From a virus, in IMG/VR virus record IMGVR_UViG_3300032238_001058, positions 1 through 64,000 of that record: DNA of 64,000 nucleotides; one strand, 5' to 3'. Every line of letters begins with the position of its first letter. The first letter of the stretch is position 1. The position numbers and the translations under genes are program-made. This document shows positions 1 to 7,719 of this stretch, one piece after another. The notes beneath the pieces are model-generated. The model was not told the DNA's origin and searched no databases. It worked only from the letters and a program-made list of their open reading frames with translations.

Positions 1-43
1 CCTCCAGCTCGGCGGCGATGGCGAGGAGTTCGTCGCGCACCTT
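1..43 (-). repeat. 43-bp exact copy of 1082-1124 (orphan 3' end of the ...KVRDELLAIAAELEDDND gene); may continue beyond the window edge
   Basis: cctccagctcggcggcgatggcgaggagttcgtcgcgcacctt is present at 1-43 and 1082-1124. Confidence 0.95.
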
Positions 44-47
44 ATAT

Positions 48-260
48 CTAGTCTTCATCTTCCCACAGGAACACGGCGTGGGCGTGTTCTTCGCTATCGG
101 CGAAGATCTGGCCGGTAGTACCGCACTCGGGGTCAATGCAACGCACCTTGTCACCATCGCAGGCCATGCCGTACTCGGGCTCATCACTGAACACTTGAAG
201 CGCCATTCCACACTCAGGGCATCCTTCTGGCCAGTCTTTCCAGGCGTAGTCAGCCATCAC
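48..260 (-). CDS. small Cys-rich (zinc-ribbon-like) hypothetical protein
   Basis: CPEC and CIDPEC motifs; start overlaps upstream stop. Confidence 0.7.
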   Translation of the reverse strand: MMADYAWKDWPEGCPECGMALQVFSDEPEYGMACDGDKVRCIDPECGTTGQIFADSEEHAHAVFLWEDED

Positions 261-571
261 TCAGCCCCCTGCTGCGGCACCGGCTCAATGGTGGGGCGGC
301 CCCAGCGAGTAAGTACAGCGCGAGCAAAGTCAACTATGGGAAGGTCCTCTCCATCATTGTTCGTACGCCATTCATCCTCCATCCATGTGTGCAGTTCAAT
401 GATCTCCATTACTGTCGGCCTCTGCGGCTCGGGCTGGGCCAGGGCGGCATCAGCACGACGCAGCAGAGCCTCAAGATCGTCGAAACCGTAGCCGTTGTCC
501 TCAATGTACCAGGACTGGTAGCGCTCCAAGTTGTCAAGCAGTTCAGCGCACAGTGTTCGATAGTCAGTCAT
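257..571 (-). CDS. hypothetical cyanophage early protein (MTDYRTLCAEL...AALAQPEP...FARAVLxRWG type)
   Basis: starts at an ATGACTGA linker (571); start refined from ORF track. Confidence 0.75.
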   Translation of the reverse strand: MTDYRTLCAELLDNLERYQSWYIEDNGYGFDDLEALLRRADAALAQPEPQRPTVMEIIELHTWMEDEWRTNNDGEDLPIVDFARAVLTRWGRPTIEPVPQQGAE

Positions 572-628
572 TGGTTGAATTCTCAAAGATAAAAGTAGCC
601 TGAGTGTCAGTAATCGGTGGTGGTAGGT

Positions 629-814
629 TCACTCCTCGTATTGCGGGTAGCCAAAAAGCTTTTCAATGCGTCTAACCTCAATCTCAAATTGTTCAGCCAT
701 ATCAAAAGGTTGGCAATCATGAGTTTCAGCTAGTTCGTTTAGCTGGAGACACGTTACCTCACGGAGTTTTTCAAGGAGGAAACAACGGAGGGCGCGTTTA
801 TGTTCTGGCTTCAT
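629..814 (-). CDS. hypothetical protein
   Basis: 61-aa ORF co-oriented with neighbours. Confidence 0.65.
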   Translation of the reverse strand: MKPEHKRALRCFLLEKLREVTCLQLNELAETHDCQPFDMAEQFEIEVRRIEKLFGYPQYEE

Positions 815-845
815 TCTCAGCGCATAGTGTTCGGAAATCAGTCAT
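798..845 (-). pseudogene. 15-codon 5' stub (MTDFRTLCAE...) of the 257-571 gene family
   Basis: ATGACTGATTTCCGAACACTATGCGCTGAG matches the start of the 257-571 gene, then runs into the unrelated 629-814 ORF. Confidence 0.75.
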
Positions 846-1075
846 CGCTTTAGTCTCCAGTCGCCGTTCTCGTCCTGCTCACCCCAGCGGCTGACTAGGG
901 TCAGGTTCTCAATCCTACTGGGATCCATGAAGGTTGATGGCGCATTGGGGTTGCCGTTCATGCTCCAGTAGCACTTCCAGTAGCCGGGATAAGCATCACG
1001 ATCTTCGTCGGTGACGTACAACAGGCCCATGCCTTCATGGCGCCAGATGTCGCCAGGCTGAAGGCGGTCAGTCAT
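842..1075 (-). CDS. hypothetical protein (MTDRLQPGDIWRH...)
   Basis: ORF bounded by ATGACTGA linkers at both ends. Confidence 0.7.
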   Translation of the reverse strand: MTDRLQPGDIWRHEGMGLLYVTDEDRDAYPGYWKCYWSMNGNPNAPSTFMDPSRIENLTLVSRWGEQDENGDWRLKR

Positions 1076-1319
1076 TGTCATCCTCCAGCTCGGCGGCGAT
1101 GGCGAGGAGTTCGTCGCGCACCTTGCAACGATTACGGATGGCGGCAAGCGACAGCGATTCTTTGTAAATGTCACTTGGCTCCGGCACCACCTGATCTGCA
1201 GCAGCACGCAGGGCGGCAGCAAGACGTGCATGTAACACTGGAGTGGCATTTCCGTATCCACCACCAGCTTCTACTGCTGCATTAACTATTGCTTGTGTTT
1301 GAAACGATAGTTCAGTCAT
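1068..1319 (-). CDS. hypothetical cyanophage early protein (...LAAALRAAADQVVP...LLAIAAELE)
   Basis: ORF bounded by ATGACTGA linkers. Confidence 0.75.
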   Translation of the reverse strand: MTELSFQTQAIVNAAVEAGGGYGNATPVLHARLAAALRAAADQVVPEPSDIYKESLSLAAIRNRCKVRDELLAIAAELEDDND

Positions 1320-1321
1320 TG

Positions 1322-1624
1322 TCATTCTCCAAGTAATGCACAAGTTGCATCCATCAACTTAGGAAATACCTCGACAGGACAGATACGCATCTGCGCATGT
1401 TCAGTTGGTGTCTTGAGATGATCCCATTTAATCATCAACATCTTCATGGTTCGTTTACCTTTCAGTTGTTTGGTATGCACCTCAACCACAGTGCCATACC
1501 GTTGGCTACGGTATTGAGCAATGCGTTCCTTGACTTCATTGCGGATTGCAATCAAGCCATGGGTCTTGGGTCGTTCAGCAACACGATCACCAACCTGATA
1601 AGTGAATTGAGATTTGCTTGACAT
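1322..1624 (-). CDS. hypothetical protein, possible SH3-like fold
   Basis: YQVGDRVA...YGTVVEV...IKWD pattern. Confidence 0.65.
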   Translation of the reverse strand: MSSKSQFTYQVGDRVAERPKTHGLIAIRNEVKERIAQYRSQRYGTVVEVHTKQLKGKRTMKMLMIKWDHLKTPTEHAQMRICPVEVFPKLMDATCALLGE

Positions 1625-1962
1625 TAGATGTGAGTCCAAACTTTGCGGTTAACAATACGAGAGACATGCCCTCGGTTGATTCCATAGATGATTGAGATGG
1701 CAAAATTAGTTTGGCCTTCTTGTTTCAATTGGCGAATGTCCAAGATGTTTTGTTCAGTCAACACAGAGAATCCATTCTTGGATCCTTGTGTATCAGCAAG
1801 TTTACCACCACGTTTGGGACCACGGCGGTAATGTTCATAACGCTCAATAGTACGAAACTTAAAGCCACAGTCAAGACAACGGCAGTAACGTTTGCTAAAC
1901 GTTTCGCTGTGATCAGTGCAAGTAACACGAGTGTTCTTGCTGTTACACGATTGGCATTTCAT
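1624..1962 (-). CDS. NrdR-like N-terminal zinc ribbon plus C-terminal HTH DNA-binding protein
   Basis: MKCQSC...RYCRCLDCGFKFRTIE; C-terminal LTEQNILDIR...YGINRGHVSRIVNRKVW. Confidence 0.75.
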   Translation of the reverse strand: MKCQSCNSKNTRVTCTDHSETFSKRYCRCLDCGFKFRTIERYEHYRRGPKRGGKLADTQGSKNGFSVLTEQNILDIRQLKQEGQTNFAISIIYGINRGHVSRIVNRKVWTHI

Positions 1963-2269
1963 TGGTAGGTTCTGGTTGCAATTGGTTTAGTTTAAGTGCA
2001 TCAAGAATATCCACAGTAATCTGCGGACCAATCAACTTGAATGAATCAAAAATTAAATCATGTTTGCGATATAGTGGCGTGTAATAATCAAGCAGAATTT
2101 CTTCTGCTAAATCAAAGTTGTCATAAGTTCCTGTTAGTTGTTCAAGTACAGAACCTGGCATGTCATCAACAATGGCAGGCACAAGCTTTTTGCAAACTGT
2201 ATCCCATGTTGAATCAGGTATGCACTTAACAATTTCTTTAATAAGTTCTAGATCGATGTGTTGTGTCAT
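1943..2269 (-). CDS. hypothetical protein
   Basis: ORF; start refined to MTQHID. Confidence 0.65.
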   Translation of the reverse strand: MTQHIDLELIKEIVKCIPDSTWDTVCKKLVPAIVDDMPGSVLEQLTGTYDNFDLAEEILLDYYTPLYRKHDLIFDSFKLIGPQITVDILDALKLNQLQPEPTNEMPIV

Positions 2270-2273
2270 GGAG

Positions 2274-2298
2274 AAAAACCCCCGCTTGCGCAGGGGTC
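2274..2298 (-). terminator. hairpin with GCAA loop followed by U-tract
   Basis: minus strand ACCCCTGC-GCAA-GCGGGGGT-TTTT. Confidence 0.6.
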
Positions 2299-2317
2299 TA
2301 AACATTCCTCAATTACT

Positions 2318-2680
2318 TTACGCTGCTTGTGCCTGTGTGTCTACCACCTGATCCAACATTCCGTTTTGCTTAAGACGGTCAAGCATACCGCACATGAGCG
2401 TGGCAGAAGCATGGGTCTGCTCCATAAACGCACGTGCCCGGTCAGCTGACATGGTATGCACAGCACCACAAGGGCTTACATACCGCCAGCTACCATCAGG
2501 CTGTGGATCTCCCTGGAGCGCAAGCCGCTCAGAGTTATGCACATACTTGATCTCTAAGTTGTGGTAGTCATGAAGACCATCCTGTGCAGTCCAGGTAGCA
2601 CCAATGTTGTACCGCTGGTCCTCATCCGAGTATGCATGGAACTCAGGAATGATGTGCTTGAAGCAACCAAAAATGTTCAT
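2318..2680 (-). CDS. hypothetical protein
   Basis: ORF after CA-rich leader, downstream of tRNA. Confidence 0.7.
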   Translation of the reverse strand: MNIFGCFKHIIPEFHAYSDEDQRYNIGATWTAQDGLHDYHNLEIKYVHNSERLALQGDPQPDGSWRYVSPCGAVHTMSADRARAFMEQTHASATLMCGMLDRLKQNGMLDQVVDTQAQAA

Positions 2681-2703
2681 GATGTTTGAGTTGAGTGTGT
2701 GGT

Positions 2704-2779
2704 TGGTACCCGAGGTGAGATTTGAACTCACGCTGGAGCGATTTTAAGTCGCTTGCCTCTTCCGCTGGGCTACTCGGGC
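2704..2779 (-). tRNA. trnL: tRNA-Leu(TAA), 76 nt, encoded CCA, short variable loop
   Basis: GCCCGAG-TA-GCCCAGCGGAAGAGGC-A-AGCGA-CTTAAAA-TCGCT-CCAGC-GTGAG-TTCAAAT-CTCAC-CTCGGGT-A-CCA folds as a full cloverleaf. Confidence 0.92.
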
Positions 2780-2988
2780 TGACTTGGACTTACATCAATT
2801 GATGTTGAATGCCAAGTGTGATCTCGTGGCAGTACTTCCATTCCATACTGCCAGCTATCGTAGTCATCCTCATTACGAGGATCATTAGAATCAATCAGTA
2901 CATAATCAGGTGTGCCATGAGTATGTATGTACTCACCAAGATTGGCAAGTGCTTGTGCCAGGAGTTGGTCGTCGGTGTACTCAATCAT
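2770..2988 (-). CDS. acidic hypothetical protein
   Basis: ORF; last codons overlap tRNA 5' end. Confidence 0.6.
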   Translation of the reverse strand: MIEYTDDQLLAQALANLGEYIHTHGTPDYVLIDSNDPRNEDDYDSWQYGMEVLPRDHTWHSTSIDVSPSQPE

Positions 2989-3039
2989 TGGTGAATGCCA
3001 GCCCTAGTATCGAGGCTAAGGCTGGCAAGCCTGTGCGGG

Positions 3040-4785
3040 CTACACAGATGTTAGCGCAGCATCCTGCAGTTGCAACGCCTTGCCAAAGGCTTCTGTGTAT
3101 GCATCCTTCTGCTCCTGCGTCAACCGTTGGTTGGATGTGCTAACAATCTGACTGACACTCATCATGCCCATGTCAACAGTAAGTTGAACAGTGAACTTAG
3201 GTTGACCATCAACCATACAAAGCACAATAAAATGTTTCTTCTTGCGTATGCCATCAGCATAACTACTTGCATTACCAACGCAGTTACGTACAGCCTGGCC
3301 CCATGCTGACAGTTGATGTGTGTCATGAGGCTGGAAAAATGACCAACGCTCATTGTTTACCTCAACCTTAACAGGTGATGGGAACAAATCTTGAGGCAAC
3401 TTGACATTAGCATGTTCAATCTTCCATGCTTCTGCTTGTACATGATCATGAAACTCAGTCAACCTCCAACGCCTTGGCGGATCAATAGCAATATCTTTAT
3501 CAAGTACTGAAGACAGCATGGATATTGTGTCATACCAATCGCCAAAGTAAAAAACTACAACACCAATGCACCTATCAATAGAACGATTAAGTTCACTGAT
3601 TGACATACTATCAATCTTGTCATTATAGAATTTTTTAAGGATGTTAAAGAAAGTAGCTGGTTGCATATGTTTGCACAACCACTCTTGTGTTTTTCTATCT
3701 GAGTGGCGATCAAAACGTGTGCCAAGTAATTGTTCAAGATGTGTTTGGTAAAAATCAACAGGACAATCTGGCCATATATCATTTACATACGCAATTGTGT
3801 TAACTAATGTTTCAATGCGTTGCCAAGGTTGTTTTACCTTAGCCAATAAACTATTATCTGGATCATTGAACATTGCAATAGATTCATCGCACTGTGCTTG
3901 AATCCATTTACGAAAGAATGGCTTACCAATAATATGCATAATCTTGTGAGCTATACGATAGAATTCTTCGTAGGAATAATCAATAGCATTTTTGTATATA
4001 TCAGCTAATGTATAAAACAAATCTGCTGATGGCACCATATCAATTTGAGCTTGCACAGGATCACTAAAAGTTTGCCAATATTTTTGAAGCCCACTCATCT
4101 CAAGTATCTTGGCAAAGCTTGTTAAAGTAAACCGATCAAAGAATCCATGCGAGTCTTCCCATTGAGGTATGGTATCTTTGAGTGCAGATTCAAAAGCCCT
4201 GATTGTATTCCTAATGTATTCACCCTTGTGATATTGAATATAAAAAAGATTCCACCACTTGTATGTCTTACCATTTGCAATAGCTTCTTTAGTTAAGTTC
4301 TTACGAACAACACGAAATTCGCTACGTCCATACTTAATGTATTCAATGTCTTGACTATCTGTATTCATGTGTATTGCAGTTGGAATAGATTGTTTCATTG
4401 AATCAAGATTCTTATAGGCATATGCATATCCATAAACATAATCCTTCTCTTGTCCCCTGGGTGGTAGCCATGCTGCATACCAAATCTTTTCGTAGTGATA
4501 GATAATGGCATGTGTAATAGAGCCAGCATTAGGATTAGTAGGATCTACTAACCTTTTAAACTGTGCGTGACGATGTTTTACTTCCCTGGAATTAATTTCA
4601 GTTACTACCCGTTGAAGTGTATCAGGATCAACTACATCAGCAGGAATTAAATCAAAGACTGCACCAAGTGGAAACTTAGGTTTGGCTTTGGGTTCAGTAG
4701 ATTTTTGCTCACGTTGCAAGTGCTTAAGCTTGGGATCATAAGCAAGCAGTTGCGTTTGAAGATTGGTTGGGAGACGGAATTCCAT
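3040..4785 (-). CDS. PcfJ-like domain protein
   Basis: 581 aa; C-terminal FHD...QLSAWGQAVRNCVG...Y resembles the PcfJ-like motif. Confidence 0.7.
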   Translation of the reverse strand: MEFRLPTNLQTQLLAYDPKLKHLQREQKSTEPKAKPKFPLGAVFDLIPADVVDPDTLQRVVTEINSREVKHRHAQFKRLVDPTNPNAGSITHAIIYHYEKIWYAAWLPPRGQEKDYVYGYAYAYKNLDSMKQSIPTAIHMNTDSQDIEYIKYGRSEFRVVRKNLTKEAIANGKTYKWWNLFYIQYHKGEYIRNTIRAFESALKDTIPQWEDSHGFFDRFTLTSFAKILEMSGLQKYWQTFSDPVQAQIDMVPSADLFYTLADIYKNAIDYSYEEFYRIAHKIMHIIGKPFFRKWIQAQCDESIAMFNDPDNSLLAKVKQPWQRIETLVNTIAYVNDIWPDCPVDFYQTHLEQLLGTRFDRHSDRKTQEWLCKHMQPATFFNILKKFYNDKIDSMSISELNRSIDRCIGVVVFYFGDWYDTISMLSSVLDKDIAIDPPRRWRLTEFHDHVQAEAWKIEHANVKLPQDLFPSPVKVEVNNERWSFFQPHDTHQLSAWGQAVRNCVGNASSYADGIRKKKHFIVLCMVDGQPKFTVQLTVDMGMMSVSQIVSTSNQRLTQEQKDAYTEAFGKALQLQDAALTSV

Positions 4786-4814
4786 GTTGTGTTCAGAGTA
4801 AGTTCGTAGTTTGA

Positions 4815-4843
4815 TGGACAGTTTAACGTCATGTCCAGGACGT
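4815..4843 (-). ncRNA. putative H-type pseudoknot (copy 1; others at 10098-10124 and 13475-13499)
   Basis: ACGTC/GACGT stem 1, TGGACA/TGTCCA stem 2, TAAAC linker; stem 2 covaries among copies. Confidence 0.7.
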
Positions 4844-4849
4844 ATAGTG

Positions 4850-5098
4850 TCAGTCGTTATCTATTGGGAGTAGTTCCCAGTCAGGGTTGAGATCAGTAAG
4901 GTAGCTACAGAAGCCATCTTCGTCAAGAGGGATTTGTTCTCCCTCATCCATCTCAAAGCTAGCTCTGCATAATGCAGGAGCATACTCGGCAGGGTCAAGG
5001 TAAGTTGACTGATGGATGAGACGCATGTCATCAACCACTGCTGTAACTGTGACATCGTTACCATCAATGACTGTGTGTTCAATCGCTAACACGTTCAT
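4850..5098 (-). CDS. acidic hypothetical protein
   Basis: ORF. Confidence 0.7.
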   Translation of the reverse strand: MNVLAIEHTVIDGNDVTVTAVVDDMRLIHQSTYLDPAEYAPALCRASFEMDEGEQIPLDEDGFCSYLTDLNPDWELLPIDND

Positions 5099-5101
5099 GA
5101 G

Positions 5102-5299
5102 TTACACCTGTGTGAGTTGTTTGGCTTTAGCAAACTGACCTTCAGGTCCATACTTCTGGACAAGATCAGGGAATGCATCAAGCAAACGCTGCCGATTCTT
5201 TGGATCAGCAAAGCGTAGTGCCTGTGCAATTGAGGATACAAATGATCCACCATAACTGTCCATGCGGGCAATCATGGCGTGAAGTTCAGTCGGGTTCAT
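5102..5299 (-). CDS. conserved phage hypothetical protein
   Basis: M..YGGSFV..IA.A...AD..N..RL..AFPD common phage small-protein motif. Confidence 0.75.
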   Translation of the reverse strand: MNPTELHAMIARMDSYGGSFVSSIAQALRFADPKNRQRLLDAFPDLVQKYGPEGQFAKAKQLTQV

Positions 5300-5329
5300 G
5301 CTGTGAAGTTGAGTTGGATTTGATCAAAG

Positions 5330-5386
5330 CTGGGACTTACACTGCGTCTTTCTAAGCTCCAAGGCTTAACGACTACAGATGCCCAG
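5330..5386 (-). ncRNA. bulged-hairpin motif GG-CAK-[stem]-TGTAAG-W-CC (others at 13416-13449 minus and 34997-35023 plus)
   Basis: CTGGG-CAT-CTG...CAG-TGTAAG-T-CCCAG; fixed internal loop with variable stems. Confidence 0.6.
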
Positions 5387-5390
5387 TTTT

Positions 5391-5588
5391 TTAAAACAAC
5401 TTGATGTTACGTTTGCTTAAACCTGTACCAGGTAATGAGATAGATCCACGTACACCAGATTCTCTGGCGTTAAGTGTTACCTGGAATGGACCAAGTTTAA
5501 TTGACTTGGTAAATGATTTGATACCACGCTCGGTTATGTTAAACCCAGCGATGGTTCGATCAAAGTTGATAGGTGATCTGTCAGTCAT
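5391..5588 (-). CDS. DUF4236-like small basic protein
   Basis: KSIKLGPF.VTLN....GVRGSISLPGTGLS; starts at MTD linker. Confidence 0.6.
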   Translation of the reverse strand: MTDRSPINFDRTIAGFNITERGIKSFTKSIKLGPFQVTLNARESGVRGSISLPGTGLSKRNIKLF

Positions 5589-5916
5589 TAAGTTGCTCCA
5601 GTGCTTGGCGGATGGTGTCATAAGCATGGCCGTCAATCTTCTCATCGTCATTAATATTGCTAAGTTCACGCAACGCTTGCTGCTTCAAGCTTGGTTGTTT
5701 GGGGCGTCGAGCAACTCGCAGTAATCGAGCGGTATCATAATCAATGTTTGATCCTCCATTAAGCCAAACACAACAAGCCTCTAGCTCTTGGTCAGCACCC
5801 CATTTAGCAGCCTCCAAAGCAATCCACTGATCACGAAACCAACCTGAAGCTGGAGCTTTACTGCGAAACTGTTGCAATACTTCTGGCATTAAAACAATCG
5901 GATGGTGGTCAGTCAT
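5581..5916 (-). CDS. tandem-array paralog F
   Basis: AAKWGADQELEACC...RRPKQPSLKQQAL...IRQALEQLND. Confidence 0.8.
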   Translation of the reverse strand: MTDHHPIVLMPEVLQQFRSKAPASGWFRDQWIALEAAKWGADQELEACCVWLNGGSNIDYDTARLLRVARRPKQPSLKQQALRELSNINDDEKIDGHAYDTIRQALEQLND

Positions 5917-6374
5917 TCGGGCAGGGCCTCCAGTGCGCGGCGGATGATGTCGGCTTGGGTGGCAAAAAACGTCACGTAGTCAGTGCTCAGAGGTCTGCTA
6001 ACTCCTTGTTCAATCCACTGCTGCACCAGCTCCGGCGGTGGGGTGATTGGATGTTGGTCAGTCATTAAGTTGCTCCAGTGCTTGTCGGATGGTGATGAAG
6101 TCTTGATGCGGTCTAGTGCTTCCAACGCCTGTTCCCTCAAACTCGGTGGCTTGGGACGGCGTGCGGAGCGCAGATAAGAACTATCAAAGTGTAAACATGC
6201 ATCGTCCAGCCACTCACAGCAAGCATCCAGCTCGCAATCGGCACCCCATTGGGCGGCTCGGGTGGCGATATGTTCGTCGCTCAATCCAACTCGAACTGGT
6301 GTTCCTTCATGCCAGATTTCGGCCACCCACTGCTGCACCAGCTCCGGCGGTGGGGTAAGTTTGGGGTCAGTCAT
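5913..6374 (-). CDS. tandem-array paralogs D+E, fused by a frameshifting deletion; E internally deleted
   Basis: D reads through the 6058 junction in the alternative frame (SDKHWSNL-MTD); E lacks the AAQWGADQ to PSLKEQAL blocks. Confidence 0.7.
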   Translation of the reverse strand: MTDPKLTPPPELVQQWVAEIWHEGTPVRVGLSDEHIATRAAQWGADCELDACCEWLDDACLHFDSSYLRSARRPKPPSLREQALEALDRIKTSSPSDKHWSNLMTDQHPITPPPELVQQWIEQGVSRPLSTDYVTFFATQADIIRRALEALPE

Positions 6375-6711
6375 TAAGTTGCTCCAGTGCTTGGCGGATG
6401 ATGTGTTTGTCATCTGCAGTAGGAAACTGATCCATACGGTCTAGTGCCTCAAACGCCTGCTCCTTCAAGCTTGGCGACTTGGGGCGGCGGGCATTGCGAA
6501 TATTAACAATAACCTCACCAGACCCTATCCCATACCAATCGTCAATCCACTCACAACACGCCTCCAACTCCTGGTCCGACCCCCATTGTGCCGCATAGTT
6601 AGCCAACCGCAGTGTCCAACTTTTTTCGCTGGATTTGTTTTCATTTGCAACTGCCGTATCAAACCATTGCTGCACCAGTTCCACTGGTGGAGTGAATTTA
6701 GGGTCAGTCAT
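6367..6711 (-). CDS. tandem-array paralog C
   Basis: MTDPKFTPPVELVQQW...AAQWGSDQELEACCEW...IIRQALEQLND. Confidence 0.8.
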   Translation of the reverse strand: MTDPKFTPPVELVQQWFDTAVANENKSSEKSWTLRLANYAAQWGSDQELEACCEWIDDWYGIGSGEVIVNIRNARRPKSPSLKEQAFEALDRMDQFPTADDKHIIRQALEQLND

Positions 6712-7048
6712 TAAGTTGCTCCAGTGCTTGTCGGATGATGTCAGTGATCTCAGGGATGTAGTGGCCGTCGCGCGCAATCGTCCCCAGCATCTGCAGCGCA
6801 ATACTGTTCAGCGTTTGAGGTTTGGGGCGGCGTGCGGCGCGGAGTGCCGGAATGGCTTTGCCGTCATCGCCCCAGTAGTCCATGCGCTTCATCCAGTCGA
6901 TGCACGCCTCCAGCTCCTGGTCGGCGCCCCATTGGGCGGCTTGAGTGGCGAGGTTCCTCCAGAACTGATCGTAAGTTTCGTGCTTGTTGCTACGAACACA
7001 CCACTCACGCACCAGTTCCACTGGTGGAGTGAGTTTAGGGTCAGTCAT
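6704..7048 (-). CDS. tandem-array paralog B
   Basis: MTDPKLTPPVELVREW...AAQWGADQELEAC...IIRQALEQLND. Confidence 0.8.
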   Translation of the reverse strand: MTDPKLTPPVELVREWCVRSNKHETYDQFWRNLATQAAQWGADQELEACIDWMKRMDYWGDDGKAIPALRAARRPKPQTLNSIALQMLGTIARDGHYIPEITDIIRQALEQLND

Positions 7049-7400
7049 TAAGTTGCTCCAGTGCTTGTCGGATAATACGTTGGTCATCGGCGGTAGGAAA
7101 CTGATCCATGCGGTTTAGTGCTTCCAGCGCCTGCTCCTTCAAGCTCGGCGGCTTGGGGCGGCGGACGGCGCGGAGTGACTCGCTGTAAGACCAATGCTCA
7201 GTGTCATAGCCTTTAGCCCACTCAAGACACGCCTCCAGCTCCTGCTCGGCGCCCCATTGGGCGGCCTCAATTAATCTTTGTGCATAGGCTTCATCTGGCA
7301 CGGATCGTGCTGCGTGACAGCCAAGACCGAGCCCATGTGGCGCATCTATCCACTGCTTTACCAGCTCAGGCGGCGGTGTGATGGGATGTTGGTCAGTCAT
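7041..7400 (-). CDS. tandem-array paralog A
   Basis: MTDQHPITPPPELVKQW...AAQWGAEQELEAC...IIRQALEQLND. Confidence 0.8.
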   Translation of the reverse strand: MTDQHPITPPPELVKQWIDAPHGLGLGCHAARSVPDEAYAQRLIEAAQWGAEQELEACLEWAKGYDTEHWSYSESLRAVRRPKPPSLKEQALEALNRMDQFPTADDQRIIRQALEQLND

Positions 7401-7719
7401 CGTTCAAATCTACAGGGCGATAGGGGGGCATCAACTGTCCATTGGCATCAATAAAACCAAATTCCTGCAGGAACTGCCGGGCAGCAGCACAGTCACCATC
7501 TAAAGCACGTTGCAACAATGTTGGAGCAGCAAGTTCATCGGCTAAACTTTCAAGTGTTGCTACTGGAACGCCAACTAAACTTGCGTCATCGCAATCGCAG
7601 TACTCATCAAAGACACAAGCAAGATGCCTAAGCACATTGGCAATGCCTTCTCGAATACTTTCGCCTTCTTTAAACTCATCAATCAAACGCTGAGAACGGG
7701 ATGTGAGATGGTCAGTCAT
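7393..7719 (-). CDS. hypothetical protein
   Basis: bounded by ATGACTGA linkers. Confidence 0.7.
   Translation of the reverse strand: MTDHLTSRSQRLIDEFKEGESIREGIANVLRHLACVFDEYCDCDDASLVGVPVATLESLADELAAPTLLQRALDGDCAAARQFLQEFGFIDANGQLMPPYRPVDLNDD

Larger units (their letters stand above)
5581..7073 (-). repeat. 33-bp junction repeat TCAGTCATTAAGTTGCTCCAGTGCTTGKCGGAT at 5581, 6058, 6367, 6704, 7041 (degenerate copy at 5909)
   Basis: read directly; encodes IRQALEQLND* overlapping the next MTD start. Confidence 0.95.

Noticed and set aside
5581-7073. CRISPR array (33-bp regularly spaced repeats)
   Set aside because: Inter-repeat segments are about 280-440 bp and protein-coding, the repeat is the translated gene junction, and no cas operon is present.
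5581-7400. Diversity-generating retroelement TR/VR pair
   Set aside because: No reverse transcriptase in the window; differences are block replacements and indels, not adenine-specific substitutions.
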